Assembly: GCA_963825135.1 (NCBI GenBank)
Contig: CAWGRW010000009.1
Coordinates: 1,216,001 to 1,280,000 of the forward strand
Direction of reading: 5' to 3'
Length of the DNA: 64,000 nucleotides
Source of the DNA: an uncultured bacterium
Lineage (GTDB): Bacteria; Desulfobacterota_D; UBA1144; Nemesobacterales; UBA2774
Shown: positions 51,656 to 60,555 of the stretch, piece by piece
Layout of the letters: every line of letters begins with the position of its first letter
Position numbering within the stretch: the first letter of the stretch is position 1
Notes under the pieces: generated by a model
Databases searched by the model: none
Told to the model about the DNA's origin: nothing
What the model saw: only the letters and a program-made list of their open reading frames with translations
Position numbers and translations under genes: made by a program

Positions 51656-53320
51656 ATGGCAGCGAAGGAAATAAAATTTGATAGGGCGGCACAGGACGCG
51701 ATACTGAAGGGAGTGAACACCTTGGCGAACGCGGTAAAGGCGACGCTGGGGCCGAGGGGCCGGAACGTGTTGATAGAGAAGACATACGGGGCGCCTGTAG
51801 TGACGAAGGACGGAGTCACGGTGGCGAAGGAGATAGAGCTCGAGGACAAGTTCGAGAACATGGGGGCGCAGATGGTGAAGGAAGTGGCGTCCCGAACGAG
51901 CGACGTAGCCGGAGACGGGACAACGACCGCGACGATACTGGCGCAGGCGATATTCCGTGAAGGGATAAAGCTCGTAGCGGCGGGGCACGACCCGATGAAG
52001 TTAAAGAGGGGCATAGACAAGGCGGTGGAAGTGGTTGTGGAGAGCATAAAGAAGCAGAGTAAGCAGGTAAAGGGCCGCACGGAGATAGCGCAGGTGGCTA
52101 CGATATCCGCGAACGGAGACTCGACGATAGGGAACATCATAGCGGACGCTATGGAGAAGGTAGGGAAGGACGGAGTAATAACGGTGGAAGAGGGGAAGAG
52201 CTTGGAGACGGAGCTCGACGTGGTGGAGGGTATGCAGTTTGACAGGGGGTACCTGAGCCCGTACTTCATAACGGACCCGGAGAAGATGCATATAGAGCTC
52301 GAAGACCCGGTAATACTAATGTTTGACAAGAAGATATCGAATATGAAGGACATGGTGCCGTTGCTCGAAGAGGTGGCAAGGAGCACGAAGCCGCTGCTGG
52401 TAATGGCGGAGGATATAGAGGGGGAGGCGCTGGCCACGCTGGTGGTGAATAAGCTGAGGGGGACGCTAAAGGCGGCAGCCGTAAAGGCGCCTGGGTTCGG
52501 GGACAGGCGTAAGTCGATGCTGGAAGACATAGCGGTGCTGACGGGGGGCAAGGTAGTGGCCGAGGAAGCGGGTATGAAGCTCGAGAACACGAAGCTCCAG
52601 GACCTTGGAAGGGCAAAGAAGATAATAATAGACAAGGACAATACGACGATAATAGGCGGAGCGGGGAAGAAGGGGGAGATAGAGGGGAGGATAAGACAGA
52701 TAAAGGCGCAGGTGGACGAGGCTAGCGGGGAGTACGACAGGGAGAAGCTCCAGGAAAGGCTTGCCAAGCTCGCCGGGGGAGTCGCGGTGATACGCGTAGG
52801 GGCAGCGACCGAGGCCGAGATGAAGGAGAAGAAGGCCAGAGTGGAGGACGCTCTTAACGCCACGAGGGCAGCGGTAGAAGAGGGAATAGTGCCCGGGGGC
52901 GGAGTTGCGCTGATAAGGGCTATAAAGTCGGTGGACGGGTTCCATGGGGCTGACGACGAGGAGAAGGCCGGAGTGAGCATAGTGAGGAGAACGCTCGAGG
53001 AGCCTTTGAGAGGGATAGCGACGAACGCCGGATGGGACGGATCTATAGTGGTGGGGAAGGTGAGCGAGGAGAAGGGGTCAAACGGGTTTGACGCAGCCAA
53101 GCTCGAGTACTGCGATATGATAGAGGCGGGAATAGTGGACCCTGCGAAGGTAACGAGGACCGCGATGCAGAATGCGGCCAGCGTAGCGGGGCTGCTCCTA
53201 ACGACGGAGGCTCTGATAGCCGAGAAGCCGCAGTCCAGGGAAGATGCGGGCGGAGGCGGTGGAGGCGGTATGGGCGGCGGTATGGGCGGCATGCACCCCG
53301 GAATGGGCGGTATGATGTAA
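51656..53320 (+). CDS. groEL: Chaperonin GroEL
   Basis: [26 protein letters not shown] motifs and GGM tail. Confidence 0.98.
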   Translation: MAAKEIKFDRAAQDAILKGVNTLANAVKATLGPRGRNVLIEKTYGAPVVTKDGVTVAKEIELEDKFENMGAQMVKEVASRTSDVAGDGTTTATILAQAIFREGIKLVAAGHDPMKLKRGIDKAVEVVVESIKKQSKQVKGRTEIAQVATISANGDSTIGNIIADAMEKVGKDGVITVEEGKSLETELDVVEGMQFDRGYLSPYFITDPEKMHIELEDPVILMFDKKISNMKDMVPLLEEVARSTKPLLVMAEDIEGEALATLVVNKLRGTLKAAAVKAPGFGDRRKSMLEDIAVLTGGKVVAEEAGMKLENTKLQDLGRAKKIIIDKDNTTIIGGAGKKGEIEGRIRQIKAQVDEASGEYDREKLQERLAKLAGGVAVIRVGAATEAEMKEKKARVEDALNATRAAVEEGIVPGGGVALIRAIKSVDGFHGADDEEKAGVSIVRRTLEEPLRGIATNAGWDGSIVVGKVSEEKGSNGFDAAKLEYCDMIEAGIVDPAKVTRTAMQNAASVAGLLLTTEALIAEKPQSREDAGGGGGGGMGGGMGGMHPGMGGMM

Positions 53321-53352
53321 TTTAAAACGGAATAAAAACTTATAAAACTCAC

Positions 53353-53390
53353 AGGCGGACTGCCCCTCAAAGGACAGCCCGCCTTTTTTT
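53353..53390 (+). terminator. Rho-independent terminator after groEL
   Basis: GGCGGACTG...CAGCCCGCC hairpin followed by T7. Confidence 0.8.
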
Positions 53391-53454
53391 GTATATTGGG
53401 CGTGCCCGCCCTCAATTTATAACGCCCGCAAAGTGTGTTATCTTTTCCTCAAGC

Positions 53455-54627
53455 GTGCTGAACTTCCACCTTGTAAAATCACAAATAGATTCGATGATTA
53501 GGGAGCGGAAAGACTTCGCCTCCGAGCTTTCGGATAAGATAACTCTCGCTAAAGAGGAGTTGAGACTTAAATCGCAGGGATGGGAGGAGCTCTCCCGGAA
53601 GGTCGAAGAGAGCAGGACGTCCTGGCTCGTAGCCGGAATTTCCTCGCCGCTCGACTCCGCGAGCCCCCTTCCCGAGCGCCCCCGTAACTACACGGCCTTA
53701 TCTTCGGACGGCTCTCAGATATTCCCCGACAGGCACGAAGCGCTCCCCTGTTACCTGATCAATATCAGCTCGATATCCCTCACCTACGGGGATAATTCCC
53801 GGGCCAGGCTCGACTCGGACCCGTTACTCTTCTATAAGGACGAGGATAGGTTCACGACATGGGGAGGAAAAAAGATACCGGCAGACAGCGACGTTATATC
53901 GCTCAAGAGAACGTTGATGGAGTTCGAGAGGATTCTCGATCTCGTTAAGCGTGAACGAGAGGAGGGAGACACAATCGCCCTTTCGGACGGGACGCTTATT
54001 CTCTGGAGACTTGAGGCGGCTCCGCCCGACTTCAGAAACGGCATAATGGCCCCGTTCCTCCGCATATTGGAAGAATTCAGGAGTCTCCGTGTGCCCGTCG
54101 CGGGATACATAAGCTATCCCGGCAGCACGGACGTGATAAACGCCCTCCGGGTGGGCCTATGTCCCGAAAAGGTGAGCTTCTGCAATCAGTGCCCCTATAC
54201 CGACCTCCCGAAGCTCCCCTGTTCACCGATCGAAGGGCTGACGGACAGGTTCCTTTTCTCGACCGTGCTCGACACAGGCGAGGCTTCAGCCGTTTTCAAA
54301 AGCTCGTCGAAGATACTTGAGATGTACGGCGATCATCATATTTATTTCTTCTACATCAACATCGGCGAAGAGATAGCCAGGGTCGAGGTTCCGAAGTGGG
54401 TGGCGGAGGACGGCAAAATGCTCTCTCTCGTTCACACCCTGATATTCGATCAGGCAAAAAAAGGGAAGGGGTATCCGGTGGCGATTGCAGAGGCTCACGA
54501 GCAGGCGGTTGTGAAGGCGAAAGACAGGGACTTCTTCTTCTCGCTGATAAGGGAGGCGATGGTCAGATCCGATTTCGCAGTTACAGTGTCGAGGAAAGGA
54601 TTATCCAAGAGGATGCCGGGCGTATGA
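53455..54627 (+). CDS. nurA: NurA-domain nuclease with Cys-rich insert
   Basis: SDGSQI and LSDGTL acidic motifs, EIARVEVPKW, GYPVAIAEAHEQAVV; C-x6-C-x2-C-x9-C cluster. Confidence 0.85.
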   Translation: MLNFHLVKSQIDSMIRERKDFASELSDKITLAKEELRLKSQGWEELSRKVEESRTSWLVAGISSPLDSASPLPERPRNYTALSSDGSQIFPDRHEALPCYLINISSISLTYGDNSRARLDSDPLLFYKDEDRFTTWGGKKIPADSDVISLKRTLMEFERILDLVKREREEGDTIALSDGTLILWRLEAAPPDFRNGIMAPFLRILEEFRSLRVPVAGYISYPGSTDVINALRVGLCPEKVSFCNQCPYTDLPKLPCSPIEGLTDRFLFSTVLDTGEASAVFKSSSKILEMYGDHHIYFFYINIGEEIARVEVPKWVAEDGKMLSLVHTLIFDQAKKGKGYPVAIAEAHEQAVVKAKDRDFFFSLIREAMVRSDFAVTVSRKGLSKRMPGV

Positions 54628-55193
54628 GTGAATATATTGGCGAGGTTGTGGAATCGGGCACGAAGGGCTATGTCGCACGCTCCCCCAGGATGGGAGAAGC
54701 CCCCCCCTTCGGGAGCTTCGTCAGGACCGATGCCGGCTGTCCGGTTTACGGGCTAGTCTATGAGATAATCACCGGAAGCAGGGAGCCCGGGAGAAAGCCC
54801 GACGCCTACGACATGAGCATAGAAGAGTTGAGGAGGGAGCAGCCCCAGATTTTCGAGCTCCTGAAGACCGAGTTCCATGTACTCACGCTAGGCTATCTGG
54901 AAGCCGGGAAAATAAGGTTTGCGCTCTCGCCGCTCCCACCGCCGATACATTCCTTCGTCTTTGAGTGCACGGACGAGGAGAAAGAGGCGCTGAGCTCGGA
55001 GGATTTTTTCTTGAGGGCTATTATCTCCGCTCCGAACGTGCCTGCCGACGACCTCATCATATCTTCGCTTTTGAGCGCGCAGGAGGTCAGGAAAAACGAT
55101 AAGGACTTCATGGTCAGGATGGGAAAGAGCCTGTCGAGGTTCCTGAAGGACGATTACGAAAGGCTTGCCTCTATTCTGAGGCGCTTGTTATAG
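54624..55193 (+). CDS. Stand-alone HAS-barrel-like protein
   Basis: IGEVVES...PPFGSFV...YGLVY, QPQIFELLKTEF, PPPIHSFV and DYERL resemble NurA-associated HAS-barrel proteins. ATGA overlap with nurA; no P-loop. Confidence 0.72.
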   Translation: MSEYIGEVVESGTKGYVARSPRMGEAPPFGSFVRTDAGCPVYGLVYEIITGSREPGRKPDAYDMSIEELRREQPQIFELLKTEFHVLTLGYLEAGKIRFALSPLPPPIHSFVFECTDEEKEALSSEDFFLRAIISAPNVPADDLIISSLLSAQEVRKNDKDFMVRMGKSLSRFLKDDYERLASILRRLL

Positions 55194-55203
55194 ACTCGTA
55201 CCG

Positions 55204-55893
55204 TCAATCAAATATTTTTATCACGCTTTCATAATCCCCGAGGTGCTCGAACAGGTAATCCGGTCGGTGTTCTTCAAGCTCTGTTAACGAATGCCTCCCT
55301 GTGGCGACCGCTACCGTTACCGCCCCCGCCGCCCGCCCGTGGACGATATCGTGGGGGGTGTCGCCTATTACGTATATCTTCTCGAAGCCCCGCGAATCCC
55401 CCAAGTGAGTTTTTGCGCGCTCTATGGCGACCCTGACGAGCGCCTCCCTGCTGGCCGCATCGGAGCCGAAGCCCCCGACGCGGAAATGGGCGTCGAGCCC
55501 TGATCTCCTCAATTTAATGTGCGCGCCGCGCTCGATGTTCCCGGTCGCGATTCCGAGTATCATATCTCTTCTCGACGAAAGTTTCCCTAGCAGGTGAGGA
55601 ATTCCCGGCATTATCTCGATCCGGCATTTTTCGACCTCTTCCTCGAGGAAAATGACGTATTCCCTGTATAATTCCTCGGCTTCGTCCTCCGTGAAATCCC
55701 TCGAGAGCCTGTTCCCGAACATCTCCCTCAGTATCAGCGGGTCTGTCTTGCCCGCCGCGTCTATGCCCCCCATGGCGTCTCCGAGGCCGTGAATCTTCTC
55801 GAAGGCGCGGTTAGCGGCCCTCGTCCCGGCGCCGCCCGTGAGGAGTATCGTGCCGTCTATGTCGAAAAGCAGCAGCTTCATGGGCCGGCTCAT
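55204..55893 (-). CDS. HAD-superfamily hydrolase
   Basis: LFDIDGT, ATGN, GGFGSD and IGDTPHD motifs. Confidence 0.9.
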   Translation of the reverse strand: MSRPMKLLLFDIDGTILLTGGAGTRAANRAFEKIHGLGDAMGGIDAAGKTDPLILREMFGNRLSRDFTEDEAEELYREYVIFLEEEVEKCRIEIMPGIPHLLGKLSSRRDMILGIATGNIERGAHIKLRRSGLDAHFRVGGFGSDAASREALVRVAIERAKTHLGDSRGFEKIYVIGDTPHDIVHGRAAGAVTVAVATGRHSLTELEEHRPDYLFEHLGDYESVIKIFD

Positions 55894-56892
55894 TCATACC
55901 TTCTCTACGGCTGTCTTATAGAAATCGAGCTCGAGGGCCCAGAGCTCCTCTGCCCTCGCCGATGCGTCGCGCAGGAGCCCCTCGTCGGGATGCTCCTTTT
56001 CGCTTATAGCCTTGAGCAGTGCCCCCATGTCGCTCCATTTGTCCCCGATGACGTCCATCCGCGCGGAGAGACCGAGACTGCCGAGCCCGGGGACGATGCC
56101 CTCTGCCTCTTTTAGGAAGTCCCTGTAAATCCACCTGAATCCCGCTCCCGCAACCCCCCTTTTCTTTATCACCTGGTACCCGAATCGCGCGCACCACTTC
56201 CAGTCGGGGGCGTTCTTCCAGTCAGGGAGGTCGAGCGACCACTCCCTGATCTTGCCCACACCCGACTCCCCCCTCACGCCACTTACCCCCTCCAGCATCT
56301 TCGAGGCATTAAGACGTATCGCCGCCGGAATGATCTCGGCAAGCGGCTTTACGTTTTGGCCCGGGTCTATATCCATGTAGTTGTAGTCAAGCGGGTTGGC
56401 GGGGTCTTTAGAGCCCATCCCCGCGAGGAAGTCTGCGTAGGGCACGGAATGGAGACCCTCGAACTGGGTATCGGCGACGTACATCACCCCGGTTTCGTCG
56501 TCATAACCCCATACGGACACTATGTGCCCGGGGAAATGGGTGGAGGAGTTGTAGTAAGCGAGATTATAGATGTCCGTTTGTATTATTACGGGCACGTTTT
56601 TATCGAGCGCCCTCTTCACTGTTTCGAGAGTGTCTTTCTTCGCGTGCTTCCAGTAGGCAGGCCCCACGGCGAGGCTGAAGAATGAAGGCTCCATTTCAGG
56701 CCCCCTTACGAAGATCATCCGGGTCGGGCTTATATCGTCGTTAACCGAATAATAAAATCCGAGCCCCCCGCCGATGCCGAAGCACATGGCTTCTGACCAC
56801 GGGTATCCGAAGTACGTCATCACGTCCCTTAAAGTCACCGAGCCGCAGTGTGTTCCCGGTATATGGACCCAATTCTCTATAACCTTTTTCAC
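55894..56892 (-). CDS. BtrH-like (papain-fold N-terminal domain plus DUF4872-like) protein
   Basis: GTHCGS, SEAMCFGIGGGLGF, HFPGHIV..GYD and GAGFRWIY motifs. Confidence 0.75.
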   Translation of the reverse strand: MKKVIENWVHIPGTHCGSVTLRDVMTYFGYPWSEAMCFGIGGGLGFYYSVNDDISPTRMIFVRGPEMEPSFFSLAVGPAYWKHAKKDTLETVKRALDKNVPVIIQTDIYNLAYYNSSTHFPGHIVSVWGYDDETGVMYVADTQFEGLHSVPYADFLAGMGSKDPANPLDYNYMDIDPGQNVKPLAEIIPAAIRLNASKMLEGVSGVRGESGVGKIREWSLDLPDWKNAPDWKWCARFGYQVIKKRGVAGAGFRWIYRDFLKEAEGIVPGLGSLGLSARMDVIGDKWSDMGALLKAISEKEHPDEGLLRDASARAEELWALELDFYKTAVEKV

Positions 56893-57159
56893 GGCGATAT
56901 TAAACTACCATAAGTTATGACTCAATTCCCTCAACGCGCTCAATTAATATGGGGCCCCCGAAGTATCCGGGAATGTAACATCACAAGCGACGGGAATGAC
57001 GTTATCTCTATTGTGAGCGTTGCGCGGCAAGGTGGTTCCCGCCAAAAGCCCTAATACGAAAGTATTAACAGCGGGTGGGCATATAAAAAAAGGATTACTT
57101 AAAATCAGTACTATCGTCCCCTGTTTTATCGTTTTAAATGAGTTTATATTAAATTATAG

Positions 57160-57320
57160 GTTCCGGGTGATGGGTAGGTAATTTGGATTATTACTAATTT
57201 CCTGTAGCATGGAGAAGAGTCCGCGGATTCTTCGTTTTTTTAGTAACCTTACCCCAGCCATCATCCTCCATAGGGTGAGCCGGTGAAATCTGATTTCGCT
57301 GGCTTACCCTTGTTTTTTTT
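57160..57320 (+). ncRNA. Candidate structured small RNA ending in a strong intrinsic terminator
   Basis: Nested helices 57165-73/57258-66, 57177-81/57249-53, 57191-97/57240-46 and 57214-22/57225-33; CCUCC linker; long hairpin 57272-57310 plus U-tract; no upstream + strand gene. Confidence 0.5.
57272..57320 (+). terminator. Intrinsic terminator (orphan; ends the candidate sRNA)
   Basis: AGGGTGAGCCGGTGAAATC / GATTTCGCTGGCTTACCCT, with G-U pairs only on the + strand, then TGTTTTTTTT. Confidence 0.75.
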
Positions 57321-57519
57321 CAGCCCATCCGATCCTTTCCCGGTCCCCTCACGATACCCGCGGCACATGAAAGGGGCAGGCCTATGGGTTGCCCTTATGA
57401 CCGAAAAAACGGTTCCGGGCCGGCATATCATCCCGGATTGAATGTGCAGCAGGGTCTGTTTGTGAGATGCGAATCGGCTTTGGCGGCGTGCGCCCCGGAC
57501 GACTTAAGCCGGCAAGTGA

Positions 57520-57554
57520 AAATAAAGCGGCCCCGTGTCGGGAGGGCCGCTTTT
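57520..57554 (-). terminator. Terminator of hsp20 (possibly bidirectional)
   Basis: AAAGCGGCCC...GGGCCGCTTT inverted repeat flanked by A/T tracts. Confidence 0.75.
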
Positions 57555-57559
57555 CAGTT

Positions 57560-58006
57560 TCAGTTGATCTCTACCTTAATCTCTTTGGGCTTTGCTTCCT
57601 CTTTCTTGGGAAGAGTGATCTCCAGCACGCCGTCCTTGTAGCCGGCTTTGATGTTGTCGCTATCCACCTTGTTCGACAGTGCGAACGTCCTCGTAAAGCT
57701 TCCGTAGCTGCGTTCGATTCTCATATAATTTTCTTTCTCGGTTTTTTCCTCGAACTTCTTCTCGCCTTTGAGCGTGAGGGCGCCGTTGTTGACATCGATC
57801 TTGATGTCCTCTTTGTTTACGCCCGGAAGCTCCGCTTTCAGAACGTAGCTGTTCTCTGTCTCATAAACATCGACACTCGGATGCAAGTTCCCGTTCGTCG
57901 AGGCCGTCACCGGTGAATTGCGGTTCGCGGTCTCGTCGAACCACTTGTCGAAATCCCCGTAAAAGGGTCTAAAGCTCCTGAATGGCTCCCAAACTTTTAT
58001 TCTCAT
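57560..58006 (-). CDS. Small heat-shock protein (Hsp20/alpha-crystallin)
   Basis: PSVDVYE, AELPGV, ERSYGSFTRTF and YKDGVLEITLPK motifs. Confidence 0.95.
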   Translation of the reverse strand: MRIKVWEPFRSFRPFYGDFDKWFDETANRNSPVTASTNGNLHPSVDVYETENSYVLKAELPGVNKEDIKIDVNNGALTLKGEKKFEEKTEKENYMRIERSYGSFTRTFALSNKVDSDNIKAGYKDGVLEITLPKKEEAKPKEIKVEIN

Positions 58007-58146
58007 TTTAATGCCTCCGTTAGAATTGGTTTTAAATTCCTACTCAGAACATATGCACGGTTTTCCGGTAGTCAAGTACGTTTTATTCTGAAAATAGGGA
58101 AATACGGTTAAGATTATGGCCGCATGCCCCTGGAGGAAAAACGACG

Positions 58147-58650
58147 CTGACGGCCGAAAGAATTATTAAGCTTTATAATATGAAACCGCTCCCCGGGGAG
58201 GGGGGCTATTACGTCGAGACCTACAGGTCCGCGGAGAGCCTGAACAGATCGTCTCTTCCGGAACGTTACGGCTCCGATAGGCCCTGCGCTACCGCGATTT
58301 TCTATCTCCTTACCCCGGACGCCAAGTCGAGGATACATCGGCTTAAAAGCGACGAGATCTACCATTTTTATATGGGCGACCCCGTCCAATTGACGCTTAT
58401 ACACCCGAGCGGCGCTATCAAGGACCTTTTCCTGGGTCACGACTTACGGGCGGGTCAGTTCGTTCAGGCGGTAGTGCCTGCGGGCATATGGCAGGGCGCC
58501 TGTTTGCTTGAGGGAGGTCGGTTCGCGCTCATGGGGGTCACTGTCGCCCCCGGGTTCGATTTCTCGGATAGCGAGCTTGGGATCGGTCAGGAACTCATAG
58601 AACAATACCCTCAGCACAAGGACATAATAACGAGACTTACAGGAGACTAG
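58147..58650 (+). CDS. Cupin (DUF985 family); start uncertain (CTG 58147 or ATG 58180)
   Basis: EGGYYVETYR, TAIFYLL, HRLKSDEIYHF and VAPGFDFSD motifs; frame extends upstream as LTAERIIK. Confidence 0.85.
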   Translation: MTAERIIKLYNMKPLPGEGGYYVETYRSAESLNRSSLPERYGSDRPCATAIFYLLTPDAKSRIHRLKSDEIYHFYMGDPVQLTLIHPSGAIKDLFLGHDLRAGQFVQAVVPAGIWQGACLLEGGRFALMGVTVAPGFDFSDSELGIGQELIEQYPQHKDIITRLTGD

Positions 58651-59666
58651 AGCTTGACCTCTATGTACGCCTCCTCCTTAATCTTGTCGAGCCACTCTTT
58701 TAGCTGTGCCTCCGCTTTCTGCCTGTAGAGGGTTTCCGTGATTTCCTTCCTGGTCGCTTCGTCTATTGCGGGCACCTTGTCGGATTTCTCGTCGGGCTTG
58801 GACTCCTCCCCGGCGCTCTCGGGCTTGGTCCTTTCCAGAACCTTGATGATGTGGTATCCGGCGGGCGATTCCACCGGGCCCGATACCTCGCCTACGGGGG
58901 TGTTGTCGACCGTTACTTCCAGGGCTTCGATAAGGTCACCCCTCTTGAAATAACCGAGGTCTCCGCCTTTGTCCGCCGACAGGTTGTCGTCCGAATATTG
59001 TTTGGCAAGCTCGCCGAAGTCTTTCCCCGATTTCGCGAGCTCTGCAACCTCCTCGGCTCTCTTTTCCGCGCCCGGCGAATCCGCCGAGATCAGGATATGC
59101 GCGATCCTTACCTGCTCCGCCGGCGTCTCCGCGCTGACCGTGCTGCTCGTTGTGTCGCCGGTCGCTGCGCTCCCGCCGTAGTTCTCTTTGTAATATTTTA
59201 TTACTTCGTCGTCGGTGACCACTATTTTGTTTTTGAGCTGTGATTCGAGCAGTTTGTTGCCGAGCGTCTGGAGCCTCCACTGTTCCCTGAACGATTCCGG
59301 GGTGAGGTTCTGTTTTTTGAGCACCTCCGTCATCTGCTCGCCGTTGAGGTTATATTTCTGTTTAACCTGCTCGATGCTGGCGTCGAGCTCAGCCTCCGAA
59401 ACCTTTATTCCGTGTTTTTCCGCTTCCTGCTCGAATAGCTTCTGCTCGATTAACTGCTGGAGTACCGCATTTTCGTCGATCGGCGCTGTCGATGTGGGGT
59501 TGATGCTAAGCGCCATCTCCCTCAGCTCCGAAAGTGTTATCACGTCGTCGTTTACTATCGCGACCACCCTGTCGATTGTTTCCCTGGCGTGAGCAGTGCC
59601 GATTAAGACCGTGAGCATTGTTACGGCCGATAAAATTGTCAGGAACATCTTTTTCCGATTATTCAC
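58647..59666 (-). CDS. SurA-like periplasmic chaperone/PPIase
   Basis: DRVVAIVNDDVITLSE, AHILI, AKQYSDD..GGDLG and GYHIIKV motifs. Confidence 0.88.
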   Translation of the reverse strand: MNNRKKMFLTILSAVTMLTVLIGTAHARETIDRVVAIVNDDVITLSELREMALSINPTSTAPIDENAVLQQLIEQKLFEQEAEKHGIKVSEAELDASIEQVKQKYNLNGEQMTEVLKKQNLTPESFREQWRLQTLGNKLLESQLKNKIVVTDDEVIKYYKENYGGSAATGDTTSSTVSAETPAEQVRIAHILISADSPGAEKRAEEVAELAKSGKDFGELAKQYSDDNLSADKGGDLGYFKRGDLIEALEVTVDNTPVGEVSGPVESPAGYHIIKVLERTKPESAGEESKPDEKSDKVPAIDEATRKEITETLYRQKAEAQLKEWLDKIKEEAYIEVKL

Positions 59667-60549
59667 TGTGTACGCTCTCCTCTAATCTGTCTCTGTAGAC
59701 CTCAACCCCTATTTCATCCCTCAGGCCGTAAACATATTTTACAAGTTTCTCGTTTATCAAGCGGGATTCTATTTTACGTTTTATCTGACCCTCAGGCGGA
59801 AACTGCGCCCCATCTTCTATTTTAATTATATAGTATCCCCCATCAACTTCCAGCGGATTAGTGATTTCCCCCCTTTGCATCTTAAAAAGGAGTTCGTCGA
59901 TTTCAGCGCCGAATTTCCCCCTCTCTATATATTCCGCCTTCCCCGCCTTTTTGTTGCCGGGAACGCCGTCCGGGAATCGCTTAACCAGTTCCTCCCAGTC
60001 CTCCCCGGCTTTGGCCCTCTCCGAGACCTCTTGCGCTTCGGCCAGGGCCTCTTCCTTCGTTATCCCGTTCTCCGGATCGCTTTTTATGAAAATTTCGCTT
60101 ACGCCGATCTGCTCGTATTCGTTTTTATGCTGCGCGTAATAATCTTCTATTTCGTTATCGCTTACTTTGAGGGTTTTTAGTATCTCCTGGCCGAAAGTCT
60201 GTCCTATGACCTGTTTTCTAAAATTTTCCGTCTTCTCGACGACGTCTTTTCTCCTGTCTATCCCCCTCCTGACGGCTTCCGTGTACAGGATCTTCTGGTT
60301 GATATAGGTGTCCAGCAGCTCGCTCATTTTTTCAGGCGAGGACTGGTACGTCTTTCTTTGATTATAGGGCAGTCTCCCGAGCGCTTTCATCAGGTCGTCC
60401 GTGGTTATCTCGTCCGAGCCGACGACGGCTATAACCTCGGGTCCCGCCCCTTTCCGCCCCCGGCCGTTTGTCCTCGATCCGTAAAAGTCGTTAAAGTCGC
60501 TGCAGCCGGCGAGCAAGGCTATCACCGAAAAAAATATCAGGAATCTCAT
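59659..60549 (-). CDS. PpiC-type peptidyl-prolyl isomerase lipoprotein
   Basis: Lipobox LAGC, SurA-N-like region and degenerate rotamase domain (GYYIIK). Confidence 0.75.
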   Translation of the reverse strand: MRFLIFFSVIALLAGCSDFNDFYGSRTNGRGRKGAGPEVIAVVGSDEITTDDLMKALGRLPYNQRKTYQSSPEKMSELLDTYINQKILYTEAVRRGIDRRKDVVEKTENFRKQVIGQTFGQEILKTLKVSDNEIEDYYAQHKNEYEQIGVSEIFIKSDPENGITKEEALAEAQEVSERAKAGEDWEELVKRFPDGVPGNKKAGKAEYIERGKFGAEIDELLFKMQRGEITNPLEVDGGYYIIKIEDGAQFPPEGQIKRKIESRLINEKLVKYVYGLRDEIGVEVYRDRLEESVHSE

Positions 60550-60555
60550 GCCCTG

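Noticed and set aside
51637..53415. 592-aa antisense ORF over groEL
   Set aside because: Codon-mirror shadow caused by the lack of TTA/CTA/TCA codons in groEL; no protein-like features.
54396..54623. N-terminal extension of the HAS-barrel ORF
   Set aside because: Overlaps the nurA coding region; the ATGA-coupled start at 54624 is more plausible.
56925..57080. REP/MITE-like element (ATTCCC...CGGGAATGAC) and TAATAC-GAAA-GTATTA hairpin
   Set aside because: Single degenerate copy with no second instance seen in the window; cannot be supported.
57153..57263. Small minus-strand ORF or type I toxin within the sRNA candidate
   Set aside because: GGAGG is too close to the ATGs and the peptide is not hydrophobic.
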